64,000 nt of DNA, taken from the NCBI RefSeq assembly GCF_009914755.1, contig NC_060936.1; one strand, written 5' to 3'. A program made the translations under genes and the position numbers. Shown here piece after piece: positions 1 through 14,678 of this stretch (the first letter of the stretch is position 1; each line of letters starts with the position of its first letter). Source of the stretch: the human T2T-CHM13v2.0 reference genome, Homo sapiens. Under the pieces are notes generated by a model. That model was given only the letters and a program-made list of their open reading frames with translations. It did no database searches and was not told where the DNA came from.

Positions 1-1467
1 ATATTCTAATGTTTTAATTCTATTTTCTAGGTCCTATGAGTGGGTTTATCTGCATCATGAAGCTTGTTTTGGACTTTTAAAACTTCCTGTCTGTCCTAGA
101 TGACAGCATCTATAAAGAGGTACTTTAAAACTTATTAATGATAATGACATTCAGATTTCTAAATCAATGTTTCTCATAATAAAAGTGGAAAAGAAGGAAG
201 ATCTAAAGAGTTTAATGAAGTCAGTGAATGGATTCATAAATTGCTATAAGTTTAAAAGCTGGTAAATAATATCCTGGAGTTAGGGTAGAAAAAAAAAAGA
301 GAAAATGATACTTTGTGTTATCTATTAAAGATAAATGGACCTCAGAAACCATGTTTTCTAATACTCTCAGCTTATAGATTAGGATATTGAGGCTCAGAAA
401 GGAAATACTAGAATCAGCAGATATATTCCTTTAGATATTCCAGCCCTGATAACATTCTGGCAGCTGTGAAATTTTCCCATGGCAAGTAGAAGGATTGGAC
501 TAAAATGTTTCTCAAAAATGTCAATGTGATGATTACTTCAAGTTGAGGAGGAGTGCAAACCTGAATGCCAGTCATGAAAGGCATAAGCAACATAGGGGCT
601 TGGTTATGGTCGTTATATCCTAGACCATAGCTCTATCTCAAGGCAGTTTTCTCCTGTATCCATTTTAAGTGAGAGGCTCCTGTTTACCCAAGGTTCCTAA
701 ACTCATGTAAAAACTCAGATTGCAGAAGCGAAAGCATAAGCAAAGTTCTTGCAGGGTTGCTAAGTACTTGATCGAGTTTTGAGGTTCATTCAACCAGGTT
801 TTATTACTAGTTTTGAGAGGGAACAGTATGTTTCTCATATCCGTTTTCTTTTACTGCCTTCCTTTCTGTAAGTGCCTGCTACATCGTAGAAGCTCAATAA
901 ACTTGGTTGCTGATTAAATAAGAATTTCAATCGATTTTCTTTAAATAAAGATTTGTGTGTGTGTGTGTCTCAATGGCACCATTCATTGTTAAGCTTTCCG
1001 GTGGAAAGTCTTTATTTTTACCTTCCCTAAGTAAGAGCTTCTTCTTCTAGTCCCTGTTAGTATAGATACTTTCACCACATAGCTATAGATATCCTGCCCT
1101 TTCCCAGTTCTGTTGTCTAACCAAGACTTCAGAAATAACAGTGAGAAGATAAAAGTGTATGAGAATTGGACTCGGGGTTATACCAGTTCTATTTTGCTCT
1201 TGGGGCACTGGAAAGAAAATAAATTTAGGAATGGCCACACAATGACTAGGAAAAGTCAGTAGGTAGTCAAGCTTCTACTCTATCAAATGGGGAAGCAGGA
1301 AGTAAGGCCCCTCATGTCTCCAAAAGGATAGCTGAGGAGATCTTGTCAAATCTGTAACCAAATCACAATGTCAGCAGCAAAGATGGTAGGTTTGACTTTA
1401 AAGCTGCTGAAGGAGAGGTTCACTTATTTCCAGAGGACTCACAGGTAAAATTAAAATTGGCTGAGCA

Positions 1468-1786
<319 letters not shown>

Positions 1787-1892
1787 CTAGGTTGAACATA
1801 ACAATTTTCCTATCACTTGTCATTGAATTCTCCCTTCCAACCACAGAGGATCAGAAAATGGGCTGTTTTATCAGTCCAGTAAGATTACCTAC

Positions 1893-2030
1893 CTCTGTAG
1901 TACTGGAATAGTGAACCACGGAAGACTCCAGAATATACTTTTAAAGTCAATGAAGATGCTGGGATGTTCTTGCTCAGCTCAAGATCTTGTTTCTTCCTGT
2001 GGCCTTCCATGTACCTCCCCCTTGCTGGGA
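1893..2030 (-). other. AKAP3: Probable AKAP3 5'UTR exon (138 nt)
   Basis: Minus-strand acceptor cactctccag| at 2031/2030 and donor GAG|GTAGGT at 1893/1892 in unique sequence; resembles my recollection of the AKAP3 mRNA leader. Confidence 0.6.
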
Positions 2031-2208
2031 CTGGAGAGTGACATCAGAATCACAATTGGTGATATCACTGTCTCTATAGCAACAGTAGTGAGGCTACCAG
2101 AAAATGAATGGTCAACAGGACAAAGAGGAGGGGTGAAGATATACTCCAAGGGGCTGATGTTTAGTTTAGAAGGACTGGGCTTTATTCTGATTAATTCTCT
2201 CTTTAGAG

Positions 2209-2637
2209 CAGTGGTCCCCAAACTTTTTCACACCAGGGACCAGTTTTGTGAAAGACAATTTTTCCACGGATGGGAGTGGGGTGGGAGTATGGTTTCTGGA
2301 TGATTCAAGCACATTACATTTGTTGTGCACTCTATTTCTACTATTATGCCATAATATAGAATCAGTGGGAGTCCTGTCTTCCTGCAACTAGATGGTCTCA
2401 TCTGGGGATGGTGGGAGACAGCGACAGATCATCAGGCACTAGATTCTCATAAGGAGTGCACAACGTACACTTTCCACAATAGGGTTCAAGCTCCTATGAG
2501 AATCTAATGCCACCACTGATCTGACAGGAGGTGGAGCTCAGCTTTGCTCACTTGCTCACCATTTACCTGCTGTGTGGCCAGGTTCTAAAAGACCATGGAC
2601 TGGTACCGGTCCATGGCCTGAGGGTTGGGGACCTCTG
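2209..2637. mobile_element. MER1A-like hAT-Charlie non-autonomous DNA transposon
   Basis: TIRs cagtggtcccca / ggggacctctg; perfect 8-bp TSD ctttagag at 2201-2208 and 2638-2645. Confidence 0.85.
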
Positions 2638-3227
2638 CTTTAGAGTGTTTAATATAGGTGGGGGAATACGGGAAGGGGACATTTTGCCAATGGATTCCAC
2701 TTAAAGCAGCAGAGTAAGTATTATGTATTAACAAATCTAGAGGACGGCAGAGGAGAATGAGAAATAAAAGAATTGAGGGTCTAAATTTTATGCATATCCC
2801 ATGGAATCACTTCATTTTGTCAGATCCAGCCAGGACTCTTTTTATTTATAAGCATCTTGCCTTCTGTAAAAAAATTATTTTTAGGATATTTTGCCTAAAC
2901 TGACCATCTCTGGGTTATAATTTGTCTTAGATCTTCAGAGATACAATAACCCTATTTTATCATTTGCAATGCCTGACCTGAGAAACTGTAGTGGGAAAAA
3001 TCACACCAAGAGGCATTTGGTTAGCTACTCTTTCTATGCTTTATTACTACATTCTCTGAAAATGTTACCTCAGCTACTCTGTAATTAATGATTAAATATA
3101 GGACTAGTATATAGTTTCCATGGAGCAAAAAGAAATTCCAAGCATGGCCACGAGATAATGATGAAAATTGCAACAGATTCAAAAGCGGCTGGTTTATCAC
3201 AGGGTTCCTTCAAAAAAGTTATTTATC

Positions 3228-3521
<294 letters not shown>

Positions 3522-3592
3522 TTATCCATTGATGATCTTTTATATTGTCTCAAGAGCTTTTGTATTCTTTTCACAGAAAGTGCACCTACTAG

Positions 3593-3920
<328 letters not shown>

Positions 3921-4229
3921 TCTTCGTCTTTGAAATAATGGGGCTTGCTGAGCTCCTAAAATCTCTTCCAGCTCTAACATTCTATGATTTTGATACTTCA
4001 GTGGTATTTGAATAGTACTGCATGGACCTACATATAGCACTTTACGGGTGACAAAGCATCTTTGCATCCATTACGCCACCCGATTCTCATAATAACCTTT
4101 TGAGGTACCAGGGTAGGTTTTATTTACCCTGTTAGACAAGTGTAGAAACTTGTCCAGGTCACAGCTAACGAATGACAAAACTGGGGATGGGATCTAGTAT
4201 TCTAGGTGTTAAAAATCGGTGTTCTTTCA

Positions 4230-4358
4230 GTTGGGCACAGTGACTCATGCCTGTAATCCCAGCACTTTTGGAGGCCAAGGTGAGAGGAGGTCTTGAGCCC
4301 AGGAATTTGAGACAAGCCTGGGCAATACAGTAAGACCCCATCTCTGAAAAAAAAAAAA
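4230..4358 (+). mobile_element. FLAM / Alu monomer
   Basis: Left-arm monomer with A tail; degenerate TSD aaaa.tc.gtgttcttt. Confidence 0.85.
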
Positions 4359-5584
4359 GTCAGTGTTCTTTTAATTACACCATGCAACCTTGAAACTAGA
4401 ACTGAGAACATGAGGCAGTGTTTAACTTAGAGATTTTAAATTATATAATTGGCAGTGTTATACAGGAGTAAGCAGGTTGCTGATGACAGTCAGGATCTGT
4501 TGATCCGAACAAGGAAAGTATGTTAGTATCCATATTGGTCCCAAAATCAAGTATTAGCAAATTGTGTTAAGTGAACATAGGATAAGGCCAAGAAATATGA
4601 CAGTGTAGCGTTACTACTAAGCTTCTCCGATGAAATTCAAGGTTTTTTTCTCTCTTCCAATTCAATTTGTTAGGCGACACTTCAGTAAACAGTAGGGGCA
4701 AGATATCGAGTGGAAACAGCCAAGATTTCAAGCCTAGTAATAAGCAACTTCTACATCCCTACTCATCACAGGCCTTTTTGTCTATCCCAGAAACACATAC
4801 TTTTCCTGAAAAAACAAAGCACTGGAAGGATTACCAAGTCTAGAAAGAACCCGCCCTCCCCAAACTAGGTGGTTTTCTGATAAGCCTAAGGTATGTTTCA
4901 CAGGATCACTGGTTGCCATCTCCTACCCAGCAATATGGAGAGGTTGACCAGAATAAAGTATTTTAAAATCCAAGCGCTTAGTCTAACCTGGAATTTCCTC
5001 AGTTTCTAGATGGCTCTTTGTAGAACAATGCAGATTCTCAAAGGTGACCACAGTTAAAGAAAAAATTACAAGCCATTGCGCTAGAGAGAGCCATCTGCAG
5101 TTTCTCCTTAGACAGATGTTCAGATGGCACACATGGCCACTAAATTTACATAATATTTCAGGAAGTTCACAGATTTCCCGAAGCCCACTCATGAATCACA
5201 CTTCTGGTTAAGAACTCCTAGATTCATATGCTAGTTGGTGATAAGTGCTTTGGTATATAAACTTAAACCAAAAATTGGTGGAATAATTACCACCTTGGAT
5301 AGGATGGTCAGAGAAGTTTTATCCGAAGAGGTCACTTTTGAGCAGAGACTTGAGCTGGTGCAGACACCTGAGTGTGCATTCCAGGAAACGCGAACAGCAG
5401 GCGCAAGGGTCCCTATGAGAGAATGTGCTTGGCGGGCTCGACGCACATTTATTTACTTGGGACACACCCTATTTTGGTTTCTCTTCTCCACTTTTCCCCT
5501 CGTTCTTGTCCCCCCTTTTCTCTCTCCTGGGCCCTGGATCTCCTGAGCGCGGAGGGCTACGCCTCCTTCCTCCTCCGGACTCAC

Positions 5585-5890
5585 CAGGGCTGCCAGCTTA
5601 GCTTACATTTTCAGGGAACAGGAAACTGAGAGTCAGGAAAGGTGAGCTCTTCTACCTCGGGTCTTGCCATTTTGCATGTCCTGAGTCAGTCACTGGTTAA
5701 CTCTGAACTTCAGGTTCCTCGGCAATTAGAGATTATAAATAGCCTATACAGCCTATTCCAGATCTGAGATTCCAACAGCCAAAGTCTTTTCACTTCCTTT
5801 CTTCCCCCTCTCCTTCACTTTCCCAGCTTTCTTCTTAACCAACAATCTACCCGAAACCGTCCTTTCTTGGTTAGCGCTTGCGCAGACAGG
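5585..5890 (-). other. AKAP3: Probable AKAP3 non-coding first exon (5' end approximate)
   Basis: Minus-strand consensus donor CTG|GTGAGT at 5585/5584 inside the CpG region; AKAP3 is known to lie head-to-head with NDUFA9. Confidence 0.6.
5874..5884. promoter_or_regulatory. NRF1-like site GCGCTTGCGCA
   Basis: Matches GCGCNTGCGC; typical of OXPHOS and bidirectional promoters. Confidence 0.7.
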
Positions 5891-5963
5891 CGAGAAAGGT
5901 AAGTTTTGACCCAGCTTAGCAGCCGTAGTCAGCCGGGAGTGCTGTCGTGGGGGATTGTGGGAA

Positions 5964-5974
5964 AAGATGGCGGC
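5964..5974 (+). promoter_or_regulatory. YY1 / TISU-like element AAGATGGCGGC overlapping the start codon
   Basis: Matches the YY1 core AANATGGCGGC and 11 of 12 positions of TISU (SAASATGGCGGC). Confidence 0.7.
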
Positions 5975-6015
5975 TGCCGCACAATCCCGGGTTGTCCGGG
6001 TCCTGTCAATGTCAC
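5967..6015 (+). CDS. NDUFA9: NDUFA9 coding exon 1 (mitochondrial presequence start, MAAAAQSRVVRVLSMS)
   Basis: ATG at 5967 in AAGATGG context; translation matches the NDUFA9 N-terminus; donor C|GTAAGT at 6015/6016; 49 nt, phase 1. Confidence 0.97.
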
Positions 6016-6340
6016 GTAAGTGTTACCGGGAACGGCGGCCCCTGGTCGGGATTCCGAGACGGGGATTTAAGGTTTTGGAAGTGGCACCGTGCTGCAGCGG
6101 TCACGCCAACTTCCTAGGCACACTCTGGTTTCTCTAGGTTTGGAGCTGCCTCAGTCTGGTTTCTCCTTTCGCTTTCCGCTTCCCCGGCTCACATATTCAA
6201 TTGTGCACCACCTTGGGAGGGGACAAAAGATCTTAAGCAGCTGTAAGCGAAGAGGAGAATGCGGGGGACACGTTAGGGATCGAGAGAATCAGAATTCTGA
6301 TATGGTTGTAAGGGTTTAGGGTTATGAGAAATATTTGTAT

Positions 6341-6349
6341 GGGGCGGGG
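6341..6349 (+). promoter_or_regulatory. GC box GGGGCGGGG in intron 1
   Basis: Sp/KLF consensus; motif match only. Confidence 0.4.
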
Positions 6350-9300
6350 GGAGAAATGTGTAAGGGAGGGAAAAAAGGCTAGTGGCGAGAGGTTTTCTTA
6401 GATTGATTTTATGACCTTGTGCAAACCCTTAATGGGTCTCAATTCATATGAGCACAATGGAGATGATAATATTACAATACCAGGGAGTCTCTGATAAGAT
6501 TAAATGAGCTAATATTTGTAAAAGCATCCTTTTACCCAAAAGCGTCTCTACGGATGTAGAATGTGTTCGGCAAAGTGCGTTGGGGTCTGGGGGAGAGAGT
6601 GATGTTTGAGGAGAGAAGAATCAGGAGCTTGGTGGAAAGGAAAGTGAAGAATGAAGGCTATGTTAGAATTTGTTAGCATTATTTAGTTTCTCTTCTGTTC
6701 TGATTGGATCTGCTCCCACTCCTCAAACTGAAAACATACATTTGTCCTTCCACTCACTAAAAAGCAAGGAAATTAGAAATACGGTTACACTTCATCATTG
6801 TCCTTTCACCCTCTACTCTTCCACAAACATATTCCAATCAAACCCCCAAAGTTGTATTTTTCTTAGTGTATTTTAGTCGTTACAGAATATCATTTGCTTT
6901 CAAAATTGGCTCATGTCAGAATCACTCGTAAAGCTTTATAAAAATTAGAAATGAGGACTGAGTGTAGAGCTATTGAGTCAGAATTTGTGAGATTAGCTCC
7001 TTGCACCTTAAATTTTTAAAAGCACCACAGATAGGCTTGATGTTCAGCCTGAGACAAGAATTAGGAGTGTTTAGAGGATCCTTTTTTTTTTGTTTTCCAT
7101 CTTGGGTAGAACTCCTGCATACCACTGGGAAGGTGGTGGTGCACATCACTTATAGTGGATGGTTTTGTAGTCACAATGTCTTTGCAAAGACATTTGCTGG
7201 TTCTTGTTAAACTATTACAATTGTATGACGTAATGTAGATTGTGAATGGTAATCACTATTTATTGAGTACCTGCTATCTGCAATCTCCAGTTCTAGGTAT
7301 TTTTATTAATTTTCCTCTTTTAACTTACTTTCCTCTGACTGACACCATAGCTTGTGTTCTTAACCACTCTGCGTTATTGTCTGGTAAAGTAAGTTTTTGA
7401 GTAAATTCTGTAGAGGCAAGTCTAGTATGTAACATAATCCACACACTATAGGACAGAACTGTGTAAGACAACTATATATAGTTAAGTGTGGCAAGACTAT
7501 TAAGTATCACAGGAAATCATAAAAGGGAAAGATTAGTATCATTTGAGGTACTGAGGGATGATTGGAAGACCAGTGGAGAATTGTAGTGCTCCCACTGGTC
7601 TCTTTAGGGCTGTTATGATCTGGAAAGTCCTCTGGCAAAGACAAGTGGGTGAGAATGGAGTCATGAGGTATTCAAGAGGCAGTGAAATGACTACCTGAAT
7701 ATCTGGGATAGTGGAAAAGGAGGTTGAATGTGTTAGATGGGATCAGACAATGGAGACCTTTGAAAGCCAAGCAGAGTTTAGATCGGTAGTCTCCAAAGGG
7801 AGTTGTGCAAGAGGACCTAATAAGTTGTGGAAATATAAATTAGAACTCCTAAAAATTGCTTTCTATAGTAATAATAGCTAACACTTATGTAGTTTAAACT
7901 GTATGCCACACACTATTCTAAGTAATGTATGATTTATAATGTGTATATCATATTGGTACTACATAGAACGTGCATATAATTTTTTAAATAAATACTTAAA
8001 AAAATTAATGCAGTGTGCAAGCAAATATGTCTGGACTATTGGTTTGGGTATTGCAGTAGGAAACTAATGTAGGTTTTTAAGCAGAGAAATATAATGAATA
8101 TATAATTAATAAAGAATATCATTCTTCTAATAGTACTCATAATAAATGGAAGAAAGTGGAGAGGCTGGAACCAAAGAGAGTAATAATTTATATTTATTGA
8201 GCACCTAGTATTTGCAAGGCACTGTGACAGATGCTTGCCCATATGTTATTCTCATTAACCCTTTAAACTGTGAGCTTCATGAAGCCAGGGTTTTGTATTT
8301 TACTGTGATAGTCACAGTTTCTAGAATAATTCTTGGCCCATAATTATTAAAAAAAAACAATAGCCATGTGAGGTTAGTGTGACATTACCTTCTGAGAAGT
8401 TTCAAAGTAATAAAAGCAACTATTATTCATAGAATGCTTAATGTGCTCTAGGTAATGTGCTACATGGTTTATGTATGTTTAATCCTCTTAACAGTCCTTT
8501 GAGGTATTAATTCCTCAACTCAAGTAATTCTTCCCAGTTCATTGACTCTGCCATCTTTTGCCTGTCTTATCCTATGTCCTCATTTCCTTACTCTTCACTC
8601 TTATCATTCCCTTTTATGCATCCTCAACTCCCCAGCCCAACTCCCATTGTCGTAAAAAACATTGACCCTGATTAAACAAAACTTTCCACGTAATTTGCTG
8701 CCTGCCACTGAGCAATGGAGAACGGGGCTAGGGAAAACTTCAGACTAACTGGCCTTATTTTAAATTCATGAATACAAATCTCAAGTAGATTTTCAGTGCT
8801 ACATTTTTCTAGGAAATTTGGTTTCCTTGTCTCCATAATCATTACTTAACATAGCGAGTTTCCTAAAACCTCTAACATGTGCTTTTGTCTCATTCTCAGC
8901 TTTACAGAGAAATCAAAGGAATCAGATGAGAACAGTCATTTTCCCACCATAAACTCTAATAGTTGATATGTGATAATTCTTTGCCTTTTCTCTTGTTACA
9001 GTGGGTGAGCTCCTTCTGTTCCAATCTGTGGCCAGTTCCTTCACTTTGCATTCAATCTTATCCTCTCTCAACTATTCATTCCCTTTCCTGAATCAGTAAT
9101 TTTCTACCTCTACCATGGAAATCATGTCATTTCCATCAGCACATAAATGTTAACTCATATTTAAAACAAACAAACAAACCTATTCCTGTCCTTGTTTTCT
9201 CTAGTTCCATTTCTCCTTTTTCAGAAGGATTGTCTATACTCCTCATCTACTTCCTTGCCTCACAGCCTCTCTTGTTTGCTCCAGTCTGGCTTTCAGTCCC

Positions 9301-11130
9301 ACTAATCCAATAAAATTGCTCTTATTTATGCCACCTACAGCCACATCCTCCAGCTTCTGTGGTCCTCTGTCCTCTTCCTACTTCACTTTCAGCATTTGGT
9401 AAAGTTAACCATTCTCTCCTTGAAACAGTTTCTTATTTTGGGTTTTTAGATTCTGTTTCCTTCTGAGTTTTTCTCCTACCTCATGGGACTGCTTTTTAAT
9501 CTCCTTTACTAGTGCTTTGGGCTAGTCACTAACCTTATCCATAAAGTGGTGATAAAGATAGCATTAAAAAAGATAATACCTATGCAGCACTTAGAATAAT
9601 GCTGGACACCTGCCAAGAGCTCTGTAAAGGTAGCTGTTAATATGATGTTATTATTTTGTTATTATGATGTGTGGTCCATGATGTTTACTTTTAATTTCTG
9701 TCACTATCAGTGAGCTAGGCTATTTCTCCAATTCAATACTTTTGGATAGGGAAGAACAATGACCTTTGGGCAGAATGCCACCTGAAAGTCATCCCTAGAA
9801 ACAAACACAGATTTTCTAAAGAAAGTCCTGTTTGTGTCTTTCACCTCTCCCAAGTGTACAAAGCACGAATGCTAAGCTCCGAAGTTTGTTGATTGGAGCA
9901 GAAGTGCGTTAGCACTTTAAACCTTTTTGTTTCTACTTACATGAAAGTTGAGCAGCTAACTCTAAAATTCTATTCTAAGGAGTTAGCAATAACTTGAAAA
10001 CTGGAATGTATCCAAAAGAGATTCTCATTCCTGCCATATGAAGAATATTTGACAGGACAGGGAATGTTTAACCTGGAGAAGAAAATATTTAGTGGGGCTA
10101 TAATTGCTACACTTAATTGTAGAAGAGGGATTAGACTTGTTCTTTGTCATTCTGGAGGAACACAGGGATAAAAACTTCTGGGAAGCAGTCACTGATTCCC
10201 CTTGTGGTAGAACTTTCTTTCTGTTAGAATGGCTCAAAGCAGAATGGGCAGCTACAGGAAGTAGTGAGTTTCCCAACTCCACAGGTGTTCAGGCAAAAGC
10301 CAGATGATTTCTTTGCACACATGCTGTAGAGAAGATGTAAGCATTGGTACATGAACTTTGAGGGTTCATTCTAGTACCAAGAACCTCAGTCAATGAAAAA
10401 GAAATGGTGGAATGTTTGACAAGTCTCTTGCTGTTAAACTTTCTAAAAGTCAGAATATCTTTTCTCAAGCACTTCACTCCTTTTATCATTATTTGTGATG
10501 TTCTTCAGTGGTTTTATAGTAAGTCTGAACTATTGAACTGCATTCTTTTTTTTTTTTTTTAATGTTCTGTACTAATAATCATCTGCTTCCGACCAGTATC
10601 ATCAACCTTATTTTTCATTAGTCACCAGTTTCAGATTCTGTTCCAGGAGAGTCTTTTGCTGTTGCCCTGTGCTGTAGGCTTATTCATTCTACCTCTGCAT
10701 TGTGATGTGTTCCTCATGGGATTCTGTCCTTTCTTTTTTTTTTCCTCTTTTAAGACCTTTCTCAAAACATTTTATCCAGGAATACTTCCTCATGGTAATG
10801 TGATTTATTGCTCATTTATTACATATTCTCAGTTCCTTTTACCGTATAGGCTTATGCTTTCCTACTTTGTGACTGTTTAATATGTTTTTTAAAAAATGTG
10901 ACTTATCTTCTTAGGTAAGTTACATTGTATAGGGTAGGGAGTATATTTCCTCATGTCCTCTGGATTCTGTGTCGTAGTAGTTTGTGTTTATTATTGCCCT
11001 TGATACTTAAATTGCTAAAGTATTGATTGCAAAATAATGTTACAAGTTTTTAGAGAAAGGAGCTATTTGTGTTGACAGTTTTAAAAATATTAATATTTGC
11101 CATGCTTGTATACTTTGGGGTTTTGTTTAA

Positions 11131-11307
<177 letters not shown>

Positions 11308-11610
11308 TAAAGTTCCTTAAGTTCATATGCTCCATTGCCATTGATCAGGATTGCCTGATGAGAAGCATGAGCTATGTTTCTCTTCATTTTAACAGTATTA
11401 TGAATTACTCCTGTCTTGGATGTATGTAATTTTTATTTGTTGTGACATGAAGAGCACTCATGCTCCTATATAGGAATTATTAGGATAGGAATAAGGGACT
11501 CTGAAAAGCTATGGCATCTTTAGCATGGCAAAATATTCTTTTTGTCAAATATAATATCAATTCACATACCATACTAGAATTTAAATATTTACCAAGTCAC
11601 AATTGTATAA

Positions 11611-11781
<171 letters not shown>

Positions 11782-11940
11782 TGAAGTTGACAAATATAAA
11801 TTACTAAGGTCATTTTTAGGAGTGATAGGCAGTATAATAAAGCAGTAATTTCTTCCCAGAATGGACCAAAGGCATCCTCTGTTCCCAGGTCATTCTTTCA
11901 GCTAGGTTCCGGCATCTCCTTTGTCATGCAAGCTCTAGAT

Positions 11941-12163
11941 TGGCAGTTGGCAAACTTTTTCTTTGAAGGGACAGAGAGTAAATACTTCTGGCTTTGCAGG
12001 TCGTAGAGTCTTTGTCATAATTACTCAGCTCTGCCCTTGTAACTGGAAGTAGCCATAGACAATATGTACACAAATGGGCATGGCTGCATTTCAGTAAAAT
12101 TTTATTTACAAAATGAGGCTGCAGGCTGAATTTGGCCTATGGACTATAGTTTATCAATCCCTG
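11941..12163. mobile_element. MER58A-like hAT MITE
   Basis: ggcaaactttttct...gtaaata... consensus; flanked by ctctagat / ctctagac. Confidence 0.75.
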
Positions 12164-12171
12164 CTCTAGAC

Positions 12172-12455
12172 CTGTGCTGTCCAGTGTGGTAGCCACTGGC
12201 CACATGTGGCTACTGAGCACATGAAATGTGGCTAGTCTGAATTGAGATATGCTGTACGTATAAAATATACACTAGATTTCAAAGACTCAGTATGAAGAAA
12301 ACAATATACGATTCATCATTAACAATTTTTTATATTTGTTACATATTAAAATAATATTTTGGATATATTAGGTTAAATAAAATGTATTATTAAAATGAAT
12401 TTTACTTGTTTCTTTTTTACCTATGTGCCTCATGTTATATTTCTATTGAATAGTG
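12172..12455. mobile_element. MER33/MER3-like hAT MITE
   Basis: gctgtcca...gtagccact.gccacatgtggcta terminus; flanked by ctctagac / ctctataa. Confidence 0.7.
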
Positions 12456-14585
12456 CTCTATAAACATAAAAAAATCACAAATAGGGTGTTTTATAACTTG
12501 GTTGTTTAGTATAGATTTAACTTAGAACAGTCCTTTCTGAGCATTCCCTTTGTCGTCCTTTAATCTACAGGTTCTTTAGGGCAGTAGTTGCCAATGCGGT
12601 GAGGCAGGGGAAAGAGGGTAGAGGAGGGCCATTAAGGGAGTGATTAATGGAACTCTTTGATTGTCACAGTGATTGGGGAGCTGTCCTGGTTATTAGGTAC
12701 AGGCACAGGGATGCTAAATATCCTACGGAGCACAGGACAGTCTCTTTCCACAAAGAGTTGTGCTGCCCCAAATGCCTGCAGCCAAGCTATTGATTGCGAT
12801 ACTGTCTGGGCCTTGATGCTTAAATCTACTGATCTTATAGCTGACTTCCTACTTGTGTTGTCCTGTAAGGAATGGAGTTATACATTTTCCCTTTTAAAAA
12901 ATACTTGCTAAACTTTCTTACTATCTCTGGTAATATTCATACGGATTATTTGTAATCCCTTTAAATTTTGATTTATTTTCATTTCATTTTCACATTTTCA
13001 TTTATTCTTGACTCAGTGTTCACAAGCTAAGTATAATACTTGTATCAGAAATTTCTTATTTCCAAAATGTTTTTCTTCTCCAAAATCTTACTATTAAGTA
13101 TATTCTTGGTATTAAAGTTACAGAATCTTAGCTTATTCCTAGTTCTTTGTCCCTTAAGTTTGTTGGTCACCTTGTCAGAGCCTCAAAATTGAAGTATTTA
13201 AAAAGTGATAGGTGAAAACTTTTGAACCATTGGAATTAAACCAAATGACATCTATTCCATTATTTCTGCAGAGATTTATTTCCTGAATGTCTAGCATTGA
13301 CCTGTGCTCTGAGCACGTTTGGATGACCAAGACCACAGGGAACTCAGAGACTTGTATGTTTAGTGTTTGTTTATGTGTTTATTTTCGAGAAGGACTATTT
13401 GGGGTGTGAGGTGCTGATTTCCCCGCTTTAGTCTTTGTTTGCATCTGCTGTCTGAATGTCCACTTGGTTTGCCCACCTGACTGTGTGCCCTTGGGCCTTA
13501 GCCCTGAAAATTTGGTTTCCTTTTATTACATCACTCACTGCTGTAGATTTTATGTATATTTCACTTAATCGTCATAATAACCTCGTGAGGTAAGTTGTGT
13601 TTTCTAATTTTACATGGGGTTTGAAGAGATAATTTGTACAAAGTTAGTATATGGCAAACTGGGATTTGCATTCCTGTCTGTTTGACTCCAAAGCCACTGT
13701 TTAGACTGTGTCTTTTAACCCACTTTCTATCATCAGTCCTAACTGGTTCTTCCTGCTGGGGCTTCATCTTTTTGTTCTTGAATCTGATTTTATAGTTTGT
13801 TTTCTCTTTCCTAAATTAAACAGACATCCTAGTTCTCTCTCTTTCTCTTTCATCCCCACTTTCTTTCTCTTTTCCCTTCTTGCTCTGTCTCCTTCCTATT
13901 GCACTGACTCATGCATGTGCACTTATTATTTGGTGCTAAGAAATTCTTATTACTTGTTATCTTCCATTGAAATGCTTATAGAAACCTGCCCTTGGCTCAC
14001 CCTGAAGTTTTAGGTAGTTCTCTTTGACTCTTGTTTTTATGTTGTTAATGGAGAAATTACTAGATCTGGGGTTATAAAAGAGGAAAGAATTAAAAAGAAA
14101 TAAGAAAATAGTCATGAATGGCCCCAACTAACACTAGTCTTTAAAAGACACTCTTCCTATCTTCAGTCTGTAAGTGGTTGCTGTCAAGAAGGGAAAGTCT
14201 ATCTCCCTAATGATCCTTGCTTCTTTGTCTGTATTTCAGGATTGGAGACTTGGTTTCCTGGGTTTCTTTTCAAACTTAGTAAGGAGTAGTTGGGTGGACA
14301 AAAACTAATATGCTCCATTAAAAATCAATAGCCTCCTTTTTAGCTCTGTCATTTGATTACCTGAGTAAAGTGTACTGTTACCTGTTTGTCTCGGAAAGAG
14401 TGAGGGAATCAGCAGGGAGTCTGAGATGTCATTTCTGTTGTAATAAATGGAGCTTGGATGAAATGGCACCATATTATGACTACAGCAGATGGCCCATTTT
14501 GAAACTTGCATTGAGGAGGCTGCAGAAGTGTTGAGTGCTGAGGTATACCCCTATGTTTTCATCCGATTGCTTTCTGCTATTATAG

Positions 14586-14678
<93 letters not shown>

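Larger units (their letters stand above)
5380..6300. promoter_or_regulatory. CpG-rich bidirectional promoter region (NDUFA9 +, AKAP3 -)
   Basis: The only unique-sequence stretch with dense CpG; surrounds NDUFA9 exon 1; no TATA box seen. Confidence 0.85.
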
